Origin: an uncultured Bacilli bacterium
GTDB lineage: Bacteria > Bacillota_I > Bacilli_A > RF39 > UBA660
Direction of reading: 5' to 3'
DNA: 33,246 nucleotides
Assembly: GCA_944363865.1 (NCBI GenBank)
Contig: CALVVN010000012.1
Location: 1-33,246 of the forward strand
Positions within the stretch are counted from its first letter, which is position 1, and each line of letters begins with the position of its first letter. Shown piece by piece: positions 18,536-26,837 of the stretch. The notes under the pieces were generated by a model. It was not told where the DNA came from and searched no databases. It worked only from the letters and a program-made list of their open reading frames with translations. The position numbers and the translations under genes are program-made.

Positions 18536-19735
18536 ATGGATTTACTACAAAATGAGTTAAGACCAAAAACGTTAAACGATGTAATAGGACAAAAACATCT
18601 AATAGGTAACGGGAAAATATTAAGTAATTTAGTTAAAAATAAAAAATTATTTAATGTAATTTTATATGGAAAAAGCGGTATTGGTAAAACTACTATTGCT
18701 TTATGTTTAGTAAATGATTTAGGCTTTAGGTATAGAATGCTTAATGCAACAATTAATAGTAAAAAGGATTTTGAAGTAGTTTTTGAAGAAGCAAAAATGT
18801 ATGGAGAATTAGTTTTAATTGTAGATGAAATCCATAGAATGAATAAAGATAAACAAGATTTGTTATTAAGCTATATAGAAAGTGGTGTAATAATTTTAAT
18901 TGGTTTAACTTCATCAAATCCATTTCATAGCATTAACCCCGCGATTAGAAGTAGATGCCAATTATTAGAACTTAAAGACATAGAAGAAAACGATATAATC
19001 GAAGCAATAACTAAAATAAGAAACATTTATAAGGATTTAAACATAGATGATAAAACAATAAAACACATCGCACATATTTCAAATGGAGATCTGCGCAGTG
19101 CATACAACTTAGTTGAGTTTTGTTATTATAGTTTTGGTCCATATTTTACAGTAGAAAACATTGAAGAAGTTAACTCAAACGCAAAGTTTTACTATGACAA
19201 AAACGAAGATGGGTATTATGATGTATTAAGCGCTTTTCAAAAAAGTATACGTGGTAGTGATGTAAATGCAGCACTGCATTATCTAGCTAGATTAATTGAA
19301 GTTGGCGATTTTGATATTTTATACAGGCGAATGCTTGTTATAGCATATGAAGATATAGGACTTGCTAACCCTAGTTTACCACCGAGAGTTTTATCAGCTA
19401 TTGAAGCAAGTGAAAGATTAGGACTACCAGAATTATATAAACCTCTTGCATGCGTAGTAATTGATATGGCATTAAGTCCAAAAAGCAATTCAGTAGAAAC
19501 CTCTATGAATAACGCTCGTGCTGAATTAAATAAAGGCGGAATAGATCGCGTCCCAAGACATATTACAACTACAAGTAAAGATTATAAATATCCTCATAAC
19601 TATAAAAATCACTGGATAAAACAACAATACTTGCCGGACAATATTAAAAATAGTGTGTACTATATTCCAGGAGATAATAAATATGAAACTGAACTAAATA
19701 ATTATCACAAGAAAAGAATACAAAATCAAAAATAA
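18536..19735 (+). CDS. rarA: replication-associated recombination protein A (AAA+ ATPase)
   Basis: LRPKTLNDVIGQKHLIG, LYGKSGIGKTT, LIVDEIHRMNK, SNGDLRSAYN, QKSIRGSDVNAALHYLARL. GAGGAG SD upstream. Confidence 0.85.
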   Translation: MDLLQNELRPKTLNDVIGQKHLIGNGKILSNLVKNKKLFNVILYGKSGIGKTTIALCLVNDLGFRYRMLNATINSKKDFEVVFEEAKMYGELVLIVDEIHRMNKDKQDLLLSYIESGVIILIGLTSSNPFHSINPAIRSRCQLLELKDIEENDIIEAITKIRNIYKDLNIDDKTIKHIAHISNGDLRSAYNLVEFCYYSFGPYFTVENIEEVNSNAKFYYDKNEDGYYDVLSAFQKSIRGSDVNAALHYLARLIEVGDFDILYRRMLVIAYEDIGLANPSLPPRVLSAIEASERLGLPELYKPLACVVIDMALSPKSNSVETSMNNARAELNKGGIDRVPRHITTTSKDYKYPHNYKNHWIKQQYLPDNIKNSVYYIPGDNKYETELNNYHKKRIQNQK

Positions 19736-19758
19736 AATAGGTATTAATTACCTATTTT
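19734..19758. terminator. bidirectional hairpin spanning the convergent rarA and tcdA stops
   Basis: AAAATAGGTA (19734-19743) pairs with TACCTATTTT (19749-19758), with a 5-nt loop. Confidence 0.55.
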
Positions 19759-20421
19759 TAATGTGTCTTTAACAATAATGTTACAAATTAGGAAACCAGC
19801 AATTGCAGGGACATATACAACTGACCCAAGTTCCTTTATACTGCTTGGTTTTTCTTCACTATAAACTACTTTTACATATTTTTGTTCCAAGATTGATAAC
19901 TCTTTTCTAATTTTTCTAGCTAATGGACAATATTTGGTTTTATCAAGTGTAGATATTTTTAAAAGTGTGCCATCTATTTTTTTAGCTGTTCCCATTGAAG
20001 AAATAATTTTAATATTAGAGTTATAACAATACTTTATTAAAGCAATCTTTGTATTTAATGTATCGCAAGCATCAATAACGTAATCAAAGTTATCATTAAT
20101 ATAATCGCGTACATTTTCTTTATCTAAAAATACATTAATAGTAGCAACTTGAACTGAAGGATTAATCATTAACGCACGTTTTCTTGCTTCTTCTACTTTT
20201 AAATTACCAATATTTGTACTATTAGAAATAATCTGTCTATTTAAATTAGTACTATCAATAACATCAGAATCAATAATAGTTATTTTTTTTACTCCTAGGC
20301 GAACTAAACCTTCTAGAGTGTACCCACCTACTCCACCTACACCAATTAAACAAATATTTAATGATGAAATATAACGAGCATTATCTTTTCCAATTAATTT
20401 TTCTAATCTATCTAAATTCAC
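19744..20421 (-). CDS. tcdA: ThiF/MoeB-fold E1-like enzyme, tRNA threonylcarbamoyladenosine dehydratase (YrvM/TcdA-like)
   Basis: LIGVGGVGGYTLEGLVRLGVKKITIIDSDVIDSTNLNRQ. Its position next to rarA matches Bacillus yrvM-yrvN. The start is uncertain. GTG 20421 follows GGTGAG (20431-20426). The track TTG at 20442 would overlap the 3' end of the upstream RNA. Confidence 0.75.
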   Translation of the reverse strand: MNLDRLEKLIGKDNARYISSLNICLIGVGGVGGYTLEGLVRLGVKKITIIDSDVIDSTNLNRQIISNSTNIGNLKVEEARKRALMINPSVQVATINVFLDKENVRDYINDNFDYVIDACDTLNTKIALIKYCYNSNIKIISSMGTAKKIDGTLLKISTLDKTKYCPLARKIRKELSILEQKYVKVVYSEEKPSSIKELGSVVYVPAIAGFLICNIIVKDTLKIGN

Positions 20422-20444
20422 AAAACTCACCAATCCAAACAAAA

Positions 20445-20615
20445 ACCCAAAGATACGACTGCCGTTTAAATAAATCTCGCCACAGACGAGGTGGTAGGCA
20501 ACATAATGCCATTAGGATTCTTAGTAAAACTAAGCATTCAACACAGCACATTAATTATGCCCCCAAGAATATAAAATAGTCGGTTTATTTGTGACGACAA
20601 TCATTATCTTCAGGT
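20445..20615 (-). ncRNA. ssrS: candidate 6S RNA (bsrA/ssrS-like), about 171 nt
   Basis: A GC-enriched island in an otherwise AT-rich intergenic region. TGGTATAAT lies 7 nt upstream of A20615. The 5' and 3' ends pair into a long closing stem: ACCUGAAGAUA 20615-20605 with UAUCUUUGGGU 20455-20445, GAUUG with CAGUC, and AAAUAAA with UUUAUUU. A central asymmetric loop carries a 3'-side hairpin (20490-20476). An apical hairpin sits at 20534-20520. A U-run follows. The slot is syntenic with B. subtilis 6S-1 RNA. Confidence 0.6.
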
Positions 20616-20621
20616 AATTTT

Positions 20622-20630
20622 ATTATACCA
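20622..20630 (-). promoter_or_regulatory. extended -10 promoter TGGTATAAT for the candidate 6S RNA
   Basis: The minus strand reads TTTGTGGTATAAT, with TATAAT at 20627-20622. The -35 element is weak. Confidence 0.5.
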
Positions 20631-20673
20631 CAAAATCATAAAAAATATACTAAAAGCGTAAAGACTTTACAAA

Positions 20674-21447
20674 TTATTTCTTATTGATATAACTAATAAT
20701 TGTGTTTAAATTAACTCCTTTAGTACTATTCATAATATTTATATCAGCGCCTTTATAATAACTATTTAATAGTTTAATGAGTTCTTTCATCTCTTTTCTT
20801 TTTCCCATTTGTTTTTCTGTCACTTTGCAAGCACAATCAATAAACTTTAAATTATTATAATTTGCCCAAGAAATAATGTCTTTTTCTCTAACGTAATATA
20901 AAGGCCTGATTAATTCTAAAGGTTTGAAATTAACTGAAGAAAGTTTTGGCATCATAGTTTTAAACTCACCATTATAAATCATTGACATCAGTATTGTTTC
21001 AACAACATCATCAAAATGATGGCCAAGTGCAATTTTATTACAGCCTAACTTCTTTGCTTCACTATAAAGTGCTCCCCTTCTTTTCCTAGCACATAAATAA
21101 CAAATATCTTTTTCCCCTTTAATCACGTCAAAAATATTACTATTAAAAATGTGAAGATTGATATCTAAAATATCAGCATTTTTTAAAATTAGCTCTTTAT
21201 GATTTTCTTTATAGCCTGGGTCCATCAAAATAAAACATAATTCAAATTTCATTTTTCCGTGTATTTGAAGTTCTTCCATACATTTTGCGAGTAAAAATGA
21301 ATCTTTTCCCCCACTTATACAAACAGCAATTTTATCGCCATCAGAAACAAGCTCATATTCTTCTATACTTTTAATAAAACTGCGCCATATCTCTTTCCTA
21401 TATTTTTTTATTATACTATTTTGAATCTTCTGCTTCTCTTCTTTCAT
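20674..21447 (-). CDS. ttcA: PP-loop ATPase, TtcA-like tRNA 2-thiocytidine synthase family
   Basis: VCISGGKDS (SGGxDS), CYLCARKRRGALY, IALGHHFDD, CACKV (Cys motifs for Fe-S). Confidence 0.7.
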   Translation of the reverse strand: MKEEKQKIQNSIIKKYRKEIWRSFIKSIEEYELVSDGDKIAVCISGGKDSFLLAKCMEELQIHGKMKFELCFILMDPGYKENHKELILKNADILDINLHIFNSNIFDVIKGEKDICYLCARKRRGALYSEAKKLGCNKIALGHHFDDVVETILMSMIYNGEFKTMMPKLSSVNFKPLELIRPLYYVREKDIISWANYNNLKFIDCACKVTEKQMGKRKEMKELIKLLNSYYKGADINIMNSTKGVNLNTIISYINKK

Positions 21448-21539
21448 GTTTTTCCCTTTTTCTCAATTCCAACCTACCTACTTGTTCATCTTCATCGACA
21501 AGATCTAAAGCCCCAACATTAGAAGTATTATCAAACACA

Positions 21540-22142
21540 TCATATAAAACATCTTCTACATCTCCACTTTCTTATCTGAGCATCTTGAGAAATAACTTCA
21601 GATTTTATTCCTTCATACAATTCGCTAATTTTTATTGGCTTATTATCAGCATTTTCTTTTAGTTCACTATCAGCAGAAGACTCAGCAAAGATTTCACTTA
21701 ATCTTACAACTATAACATCTAGCATTTCTCTTTCAGTTTTTAACGCACTAATTTGTTCTTCAATATTAGGGTACCGTATAAAAAAATCATCATCTTCACT
21801 CAAGTCATCAGTATTATACTCTTCAAACTCAAACTTTTTTTCTGCTAAATTAAAAGATGCAATAATAATTTGTTTTTTACTATTTGCAACAAACCTTATT
21901 AAAGACTCTTTTAAATTAACAGAATTAATTATGCTTGAAATATTTCTTACATTACCAAATGCTACATCTAATTCCAAACATAAACAATCATTAATATTAG
22001 GAAAAATAAAATTAGATAAATAATCATAAAACATATTTTCTTTAGGCATATATTCTCCAATACAGAGCCTCATTGGTAAAAAAACTATTTTATTTTCTAA
22101 AACAATTTTATTAAATAACATAGCACAGCTGATTTTTTTCAT
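21540..22142 (-). CDS. hypothetical protein coupled to aspS; the 3' end may be frameshifted
   Basis: GGGGG SD lies 6 nt before ATG 22142, and the ATG is 9 nt after the aspS stop. No family recognised. See the finding on the open alternative frame at 21415-21572. Confidence 0.5.
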   Translation of the reverse strand: MKKISCAMLFNKIVLENKIVFLPMRLCIGEYMPKENMFYDYLSNFIFPNINDCLCLELDVAFGNVRNISSIINSVNLKESLIRFVANSKKQIIIASFNLAEKKFEFEEYNTDDLSEDDDFFIRYPNIEEQISALKTEREMLDVIVVRLSEIFAESSADSELKENADNKPIKISELYEGIKSEVISQDAQIRKWRCRRCFI

Positions 22143-22151
22143 TATAACCCC

Positions 22152-23861
22152 CTAAAATTTAATACCTAGTTCTTTAAGTTGTTTTTCACTAGCTTTGCTT
22201 GGAGCATTAGTCATTAGGCAAGATGCACTTTGAGTTTTTGGAAAAGCAACTACATCTTTTATATTATCTGTTCCACAAAGAATCATAGTAATTCTATCTA
22301 ATCCTGGGGCAATACCGCCATGAGGAGGTGCGCCATATTTAAATGCTTCTAAAAGATATCCAAACTTTCTTTGTGCTTCTTCTTCGCTTATTCCTAACTT
22401 CTCAAAAACTTTACTTTGAATATTTCTATCATGAATTCTAATACTTCCACTTGCGAGTTCATAACCATTTAAGACAATATCATAACTTCTAGCATAACAA
22501 TTTTCTGGGTCATCTAACATATTTACATCTTTAGGCATAGTAAATGGATGATGAGCAGAAACATATCTATTTTCTTCTTCACTCCACTCAAACATTGGAA
22601 AATCAGTGATCCATAAGAAATTATAAATATCTTTATTAATTATATCTAAATATTTTGCAACACTAAGTCTTAATGCCCCTAAAGCTTGCAATACTTGTTT
22701 TTTAGTTCCAGCAACTATAAAAACAATATCTCCATTTTTCAAATTAAGACTATTAATTAGAGATTCTTTCTCTTCTTCGCTTAAACTATTTGCAACATTT
22801 CCTGTAAAACCATTGTTGTATTTAACAAAGAACAAATTATCAACTTTAAAGTTTTTAAGCAATACTGCAAATTCATCTACTTTTTTTCTAGAAAATTGTG
22901 CTTCAGAGTTTCTACCAACTATTGCACCAATGAATTCTTTCTGTAACAAAGATAACTGATTATTTTTTAAAACACTAGATATGTCACTGATTAACATATC
23001 AAAACGTGTATCAGGTTTATCAGTTCCATAATTATTTATCGCTTCATCATATGTCATTCTTGGAAAAGGAAGAGGCAAATCTATATTTTTAACATCTTTT
23101 AAAATCTGCTTAAACATTCCTTCAACAGTACTAAATATATCTTCTTCGTTTACAAAAGACATTTCAATATCTATTTGTGCAAATTCTGGTTGTCTATCTG
23201 CTCTTAAATCTTCATCACGAAAACATCTCGCAATTTGATAGTATTTTTCAAAACCCGCAACCATAAGCAACTGCTTAAATAACTGAGGTGACTGAGGCAA
23301 AGCATAAAAACTACCATTTTGAATTCTAGATGGAACTAAATAATCTCTCGCTCCTTCTGGACTAGTAGCAGTCAAAATTGGAGTTTCTACTTCAACAAAC
23401 CCTAAAGAATCCAAGTACTTTCTTGTACTTTGAGTAACTTTATGTCTAGTCATTAAATAATTTTGCAATTCTTCTTTTCTTAAATCTAAATATCTGTATT
23501 TTAGCCTTAATTCTTCGCTTACATTTTCACTTTTAATATCAAAAGGCAAAGGATTAGAAATATTTAAAATGTCAATATCAATAACTTCAATCTCAATTTC
23601 TCCACTAGGAATTTCCTTATTCGGACTACTCCTTTTAATAACCTTACCTTTTACTTTTAAAACATATTCGTTTTTAATTTCTAAAACTTTTTCATAGTTT
23701 TCATTATCACTATTTACTACCAACTGAACAATTCCGGATCTATCTCTTAAATCAATAAAAACCAAATTACCAAGTTTTCTTATCTTGCTTGCCCATCCAT
23801 ACACTTCAACAATTTCATCAGTATTATTCGAATTTAATTCTGCATTATTTATTTTTTTCAT
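22152..23861 (-). CDS. aspS: aspartate--tRNA ligase
   Basis: GWASKIRKLGNLVFIDLRDRSGIVQLV, FYALPQSPQLFKQLLM, QIARCFRDEDLRADRQPEF, GGIAPGLDRI. The GGAGG SD overlaps the hisS stop. Confidence 0.92.
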   Translation of the reverse strand: MKKINNAELNSNNTDEIVEVYGWASKIRKLGNLVFIDLRDRSGIVQLVVNSDNENYEKVLEIKNEYVLKVKGKVIKRSSPNKEIPSGEIEIEVIDIDILNISNPLPFDIKSENVSEELRLKYRYLDLRKEELQNYLMTRHKVTQSTRKYLDSLGFVEVETPILTATSPEGARDYLVPSRIQNGSFYALPQSPQLFKQLLMVAGFEKYYQIARCFRDEDLRADRQPEFAQIDIEMSFVNEEDIFSTVEGMFKQILKDVKNIDLPLPFPRMTYDEAINNYGTDKPDTRFDMLISDISSVLKNNQLSLLQKEFIGAIVGRNSEAQFSRKKVDEFAVLLKNFKVDNLFFVKYNNGFTGNVANSLSEEEKESLINSLNLKNGDIVFIVAGTKKQVLQALGALRLSVAKYLDIINKDIYNFLWITDFPMFEWSEEENRYVSAHHPFTMPKDVNMLDDPENCYARSYDIVLNGYELASGSIRIHDRNIQSKVFEKLGISEEEAQRKFGYLLEAFKYGAPPHGGIAPGLDRITMILCGTDNIKDVVAFPKTQSASCLMTNAPSKASEKQLKELGIKF

Positions 23862-23870
23862 ATTTTCCTC

Positions 23871-25124
23871 CTAATAATAAGTATTTAAATACTCAATAAC
23901 CTCTTCTATTTTAACTTTATTTTGTTCTTTTGTTTTATTATCTTTTATAGTAACATAACCATTATTTATTTCATCTTCTCCGATTATAAAAACAAAACTA
24001 GGATTTAATTCATCTACAATCTTCCACTGACTTTTCATGTTTTTTTCTTCATAATTAATTTCAGTGATATATCCATTTTCTCTTAAGTCATTATTTAGTT
24101 TATATGGTAGATAATCATTCACCAAATTCATAATATAAACATCTATTGAATCTGATAATATACTATTATTATCTTTTTCAAGAATCGTTATAATTCTTTC
24201 AATTCCAAGTGCAAACCCTACAGCTGGGTTATCAGGACCATCTAGCACACTCACTAAGTTATCATATCTACCACCGCCACAAATAGTACTTGCTAACCCT
24301 AAATCATCAGTATCAGATACTATTTCAAAAACAGTATGAGTATAATAATCTAGTCCTCTAACTAACGTTGTATCAACTTCATAATTAACACCTAAAGTTT
24401 CTAAAGCACTTTTAACATCATTAAAATAATTTATACTTTCTTCATTCAAATAGTCAATTGTTTTAGGCGCGTTCTTTATATAATCTCGATTTCCATCATA
24501 TTTACAATCAAGGATTCTTAAAGGATTTCTTTCAAATCTATCTTTACATAAATCGCAAAGATTTTCATAATCTTTTGAAATATAATCTTTTAAAATCTCT
24601 TTATATTTATTTCTACTATCATTATCTCCTAAAGTATTAATCTTAATTTTTAAATTCTTAATCCCAAGACCCCCTAGATATTTATAAGCCATATAGATTA
24701 TATCAGCATCTAATTTAGCACTTTTTACACCAATAACTTCTACACCAAATTGAGTAAACTCTCTTAACCTTCCACTTTGAGGTCTTTCATATCTAAAACA
24801 AGAGCCAAAATAATAATATTTTTTTAATCTATTATAAGAATACTCCTTGTTTTCAATATAACTTCTAACCACACCAGCAGTAAACTCCGGTCTAAGCGTC
24901 ATCTCCCTATTACCTTTATCAAAAAAGTCATAAGTTTCTTTATTTACAATATCAGTACTCTCTCCTACACCTCTTTTAAACAAACCACTTGTTTCAAACA
25001 TAGGAACTTTAACAAACTCAAAATTATATAATTCCATAAAATCATGAGTATACATTTCAATATTTTTAAATATCTTTCCTTTTTGCCCAAATAAATCAAT
25101 AGTTCCTTTAGGTTTTTGTATCAT
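23871..25124 (-). CDS. hisS: histidine--tRNA ligase
   Basis: KPKGTIDLFG, MTLRPEFTAGVVR, YYFGSCFRYERPQSGRLREFTQFGVE, GGGRYDNL, GFALGIERI. AGGAG lies 9 nt before ATG 25124. The track GTG at 25133 sits in the spacer. Confidence 0.92.
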   Translation of the reverse strand: MIQKPKGTIDLFGQKGKIFKNIEMYTHDFMELYNFEFVKVPMFETSGLFKRGVGESTDIVNKETYDFFDKGNREMTLRPEFTAGVVRSYIENKEYSYNRLKKYYYFGSCFRYERPQSGRLREFTQFGVEVIGVKSAKLDADIIYMAYKYLGGLGIKNLKIKINTLGDNDSRNKYKEILKDYISKDYENLCDLCKDRFERNPLRILDCKYDGNRDYIKNAPKTIDYLNEESINYFNDVKSALETLGVNYEVDTTLVRGLDYYTHTVFEIVSDTDDLGLASTICGGGRYDNLVSVLDGPDNPAVGFALGIERIITILEKDNNSILSDSIDVYIMNLVNDYLPYKLNNDLRENGYITEINYEEKNMKSQWKIVDELNPSFVFIIGEDEINNGYVTIKDNKTKEQNKVKIEEVIEYLNTYY

Positions 25125-25148
25125 AGTTATCACTCCTAAACTAGAAAT

Positions 25149-25177
25149 ATTATAACATCTACGTATTAATAAGTAAA
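25149..25177 (-). promoter_or_regulatory. promoter TTTACT-17-(TGT)TATAAT for hisS-aspS, with a very short leader
   Basis: On the minus strand, TTTACT is at 25177-25172 and TATAAT at 25154-25149, preceded by TGT. Only about 20 nt remain before the SD. Confidence 0.5.
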
Positions 25178-25186
25178 TTAAATAAA

Positions 25187-25281
25187 AAATATATTTTAAA
25201 GCACTAACAAGTTTAAATATGATTAAATTCTTTAGGTTTCATACTAAGAATAATTATTTTTAGAAATCCGAGTACAAAGAC
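25187..25281 (+). repeat. degenerate second copy of the spoVB promoter-proximal region and 5' coding end
   Basis: 25187-25227 matches 26804-26846 at 38 positions out of 41/43, including the ATG. 25229-25281 matches 26913-26966 at about 75-80 percent. The 66 nt at 26847-26912 are missing from this copy. Confidence 0.65.
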
Positions 25282-25308
25282 GTGTGATAACATTATTTAC
25301 TTTTTGTT

Positions 25309-26680
25309 CTATTTTTGCATTTTATAAACTAGATTAGATAGTGGATTTATATTTTTTGAATTATTTTGATTTTCTTGCATAGAATATTTATTAGATGATG
25401 TATCAGAATTGACATTTTCGTTAATTTGTGGTACATTATCAGTAGTTAAAGGAACTGACTTTTTATTTATAAGTGACATACTATTATTAGTATCAAGTAC
25501 TTTGGTGTCAGTTCCTTTTTCTATGCTCAAATTTTCTAAACTTAAATCATAAAAAATATTATCATTTTGAGCTTTTCCTACTCTAGCAATATACCTAAAC
25601 ATATTATCATCTATTTTAACTTGACCTTGATAATTATCAAATCCTTGCTTAAATAATTTATTATTATATAGTAATTTTGATTACTTAACTTTTGAGCGTT
25701 TGTTCCATAAATATATTCTCGAGCAGATATTCGCCTAAATTGCACTTCTTTTCCATCTATTTTATCTATTATTTCCTTAAAATTATTATTACCATTTAAT
25801 ATATAATCGAAAGCTTTTTCGCGTAAAGTTTTTCGATTTTTTATATTATTAAATATATCTTTATTTGTTTTAACTTGCCAGTAACTACCAAATTTTTTGC
25901 TTGTTTCTATTGCATATTTTGTATCACCCAAACTATTAATTACCTGTTCAGTAGCCATTGTTCTATAAACCTCTCTCCATTTTGTTTCTAAATCTTGAAC
26001 AAAATTTCTATATCTACCATTTTCTGTTAATGTATTTAATAGTCTTTTGATGCTTTCGTAAATTGTTTTAATAAGATGTACTGTATTTTGCGTAGTAAGA
26101 CTATTGATAAATTCTTGATTACCAAATAATTGTCCAGAAATATCCGCTAAGACTTCACTATTCACATCACTAGTTCTATAAGTTTGTTTTAAACTTTCTA
26201 ATGCTGTATTAAACTCTGGATTCTTACTAGCGAAATCTAACACTAATTTTTTCATATTGCTAGTTTCAATTCCATGTGTAACTTCATGAACTAATAAAAA
26301 CTCTCCTGCGCGTGAAGAGTTAGGATTTATTTTTATCTCAATTTCACTATTATTTGAACTAATTTGAGCATTAACCGATACACCATTTTCGTTTTTAATT
26401 GTATCGTCAAAAACCACATTATAATCTTTGTCAGTTATCACTTTTTATATATTGATATCTATTTGGATTAACTAAGTTGCCTTCATCGTTCACAACAGGC
26501 ACGTTTGTTTTGTTTAACAACATAGAGTTTACGCTGTTATTGTTTATATCTTGAACCGCATTAACATAATTAATTGCTTTATCAATATTATTTAATGTTT
26601 TCTTATCTTTTATTGTATTTTTTTATTATTTTCACTATTTGGCATAGAATAACTAAGTAATGTGTATCTAATTTGATTTT
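25309..26680 (-). pseudogene. decayed fragment of a large phage/conjugative-element protein with an HExxH metallopeptidase domain (polyvalent-protein-like)
   Basis: The fragments join across frames: ...SMPNSENNKK / TIKDKKTLNNIDKAINYVNAVQD...RYQYIK / VITDKDYNVVFDD...GEFLLVHEVTHGIE...AQKLSNQNYY / NNKLFKQGFDNYQGQVKIDDNMFRYIARVGKAQNDNIFYDLSLE. The frameshifts are at A-runs near 26620 and 26445 and at an AT slip near 25680. No start codon or N-terminus is present. Confidence 0.55.
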
Positions 26681-26709
26681 ATTGTTAGTTAGTGATATAT
26701 TATTTAGAG

Positions 26710-26765
26710 AAAGAGGCCCATTGGCGCCGTTATTAACGGAAGAGCCACTAATTATGGGTCTTTTT
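26710..26765 (+). other. orphan GC-rich nested hairpin, terminator-like on the plus strand
   Basis: The outer 12-bp stem pairs 26710-26721 with 26754-26765 and includes 2 G-U pairs. The inner stems are TGGC/GCCA and CCGTT/AACGG. T-rich sequence follows. The G-U pairs make the fold better on the plus strand. Confidence 0.4.
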
Positions 26766-26837
26766 CTTTACTCTAATGCATTATTATTCAAATTACCTAA
26801 AATAAATATATTTTAAAGTACTAACATATATTTAAAT

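Noticed and set aside
20361-20579. 72-aa plus-strand ORF (MMKYNEHYLF...RHRRGGRQHN...) over the tcdA start and the GC-rich spacer.
   Set aside because: It starts antisense inside tcdA and has no SD. Its open frame is explained by the lower stop-codon density of the GC-richer structured-RNA region.
20476-20615. Riboswitch or T-box reading of the tcdA upstream RNA: plus-strand GAGGTGGTAGGCA resembles the T-box GGUGGUACC, minus-strand ACCUGA..AUAAUG faintly resembles a TPP element, and CUCGUC-UGU-GGCGAG plus AUUUAUUU looks like an attenuator.
   Set aside because: The T-box-like string is on the wrong strand, with no downstream plus-strand gene. The TPP-like string lacks the CUGAGA and GGGGUGC parts and sits at the transcript 5' end. 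End-to-end pairing of the whole RNA and the bsrA synteny fit 6S RNA better.
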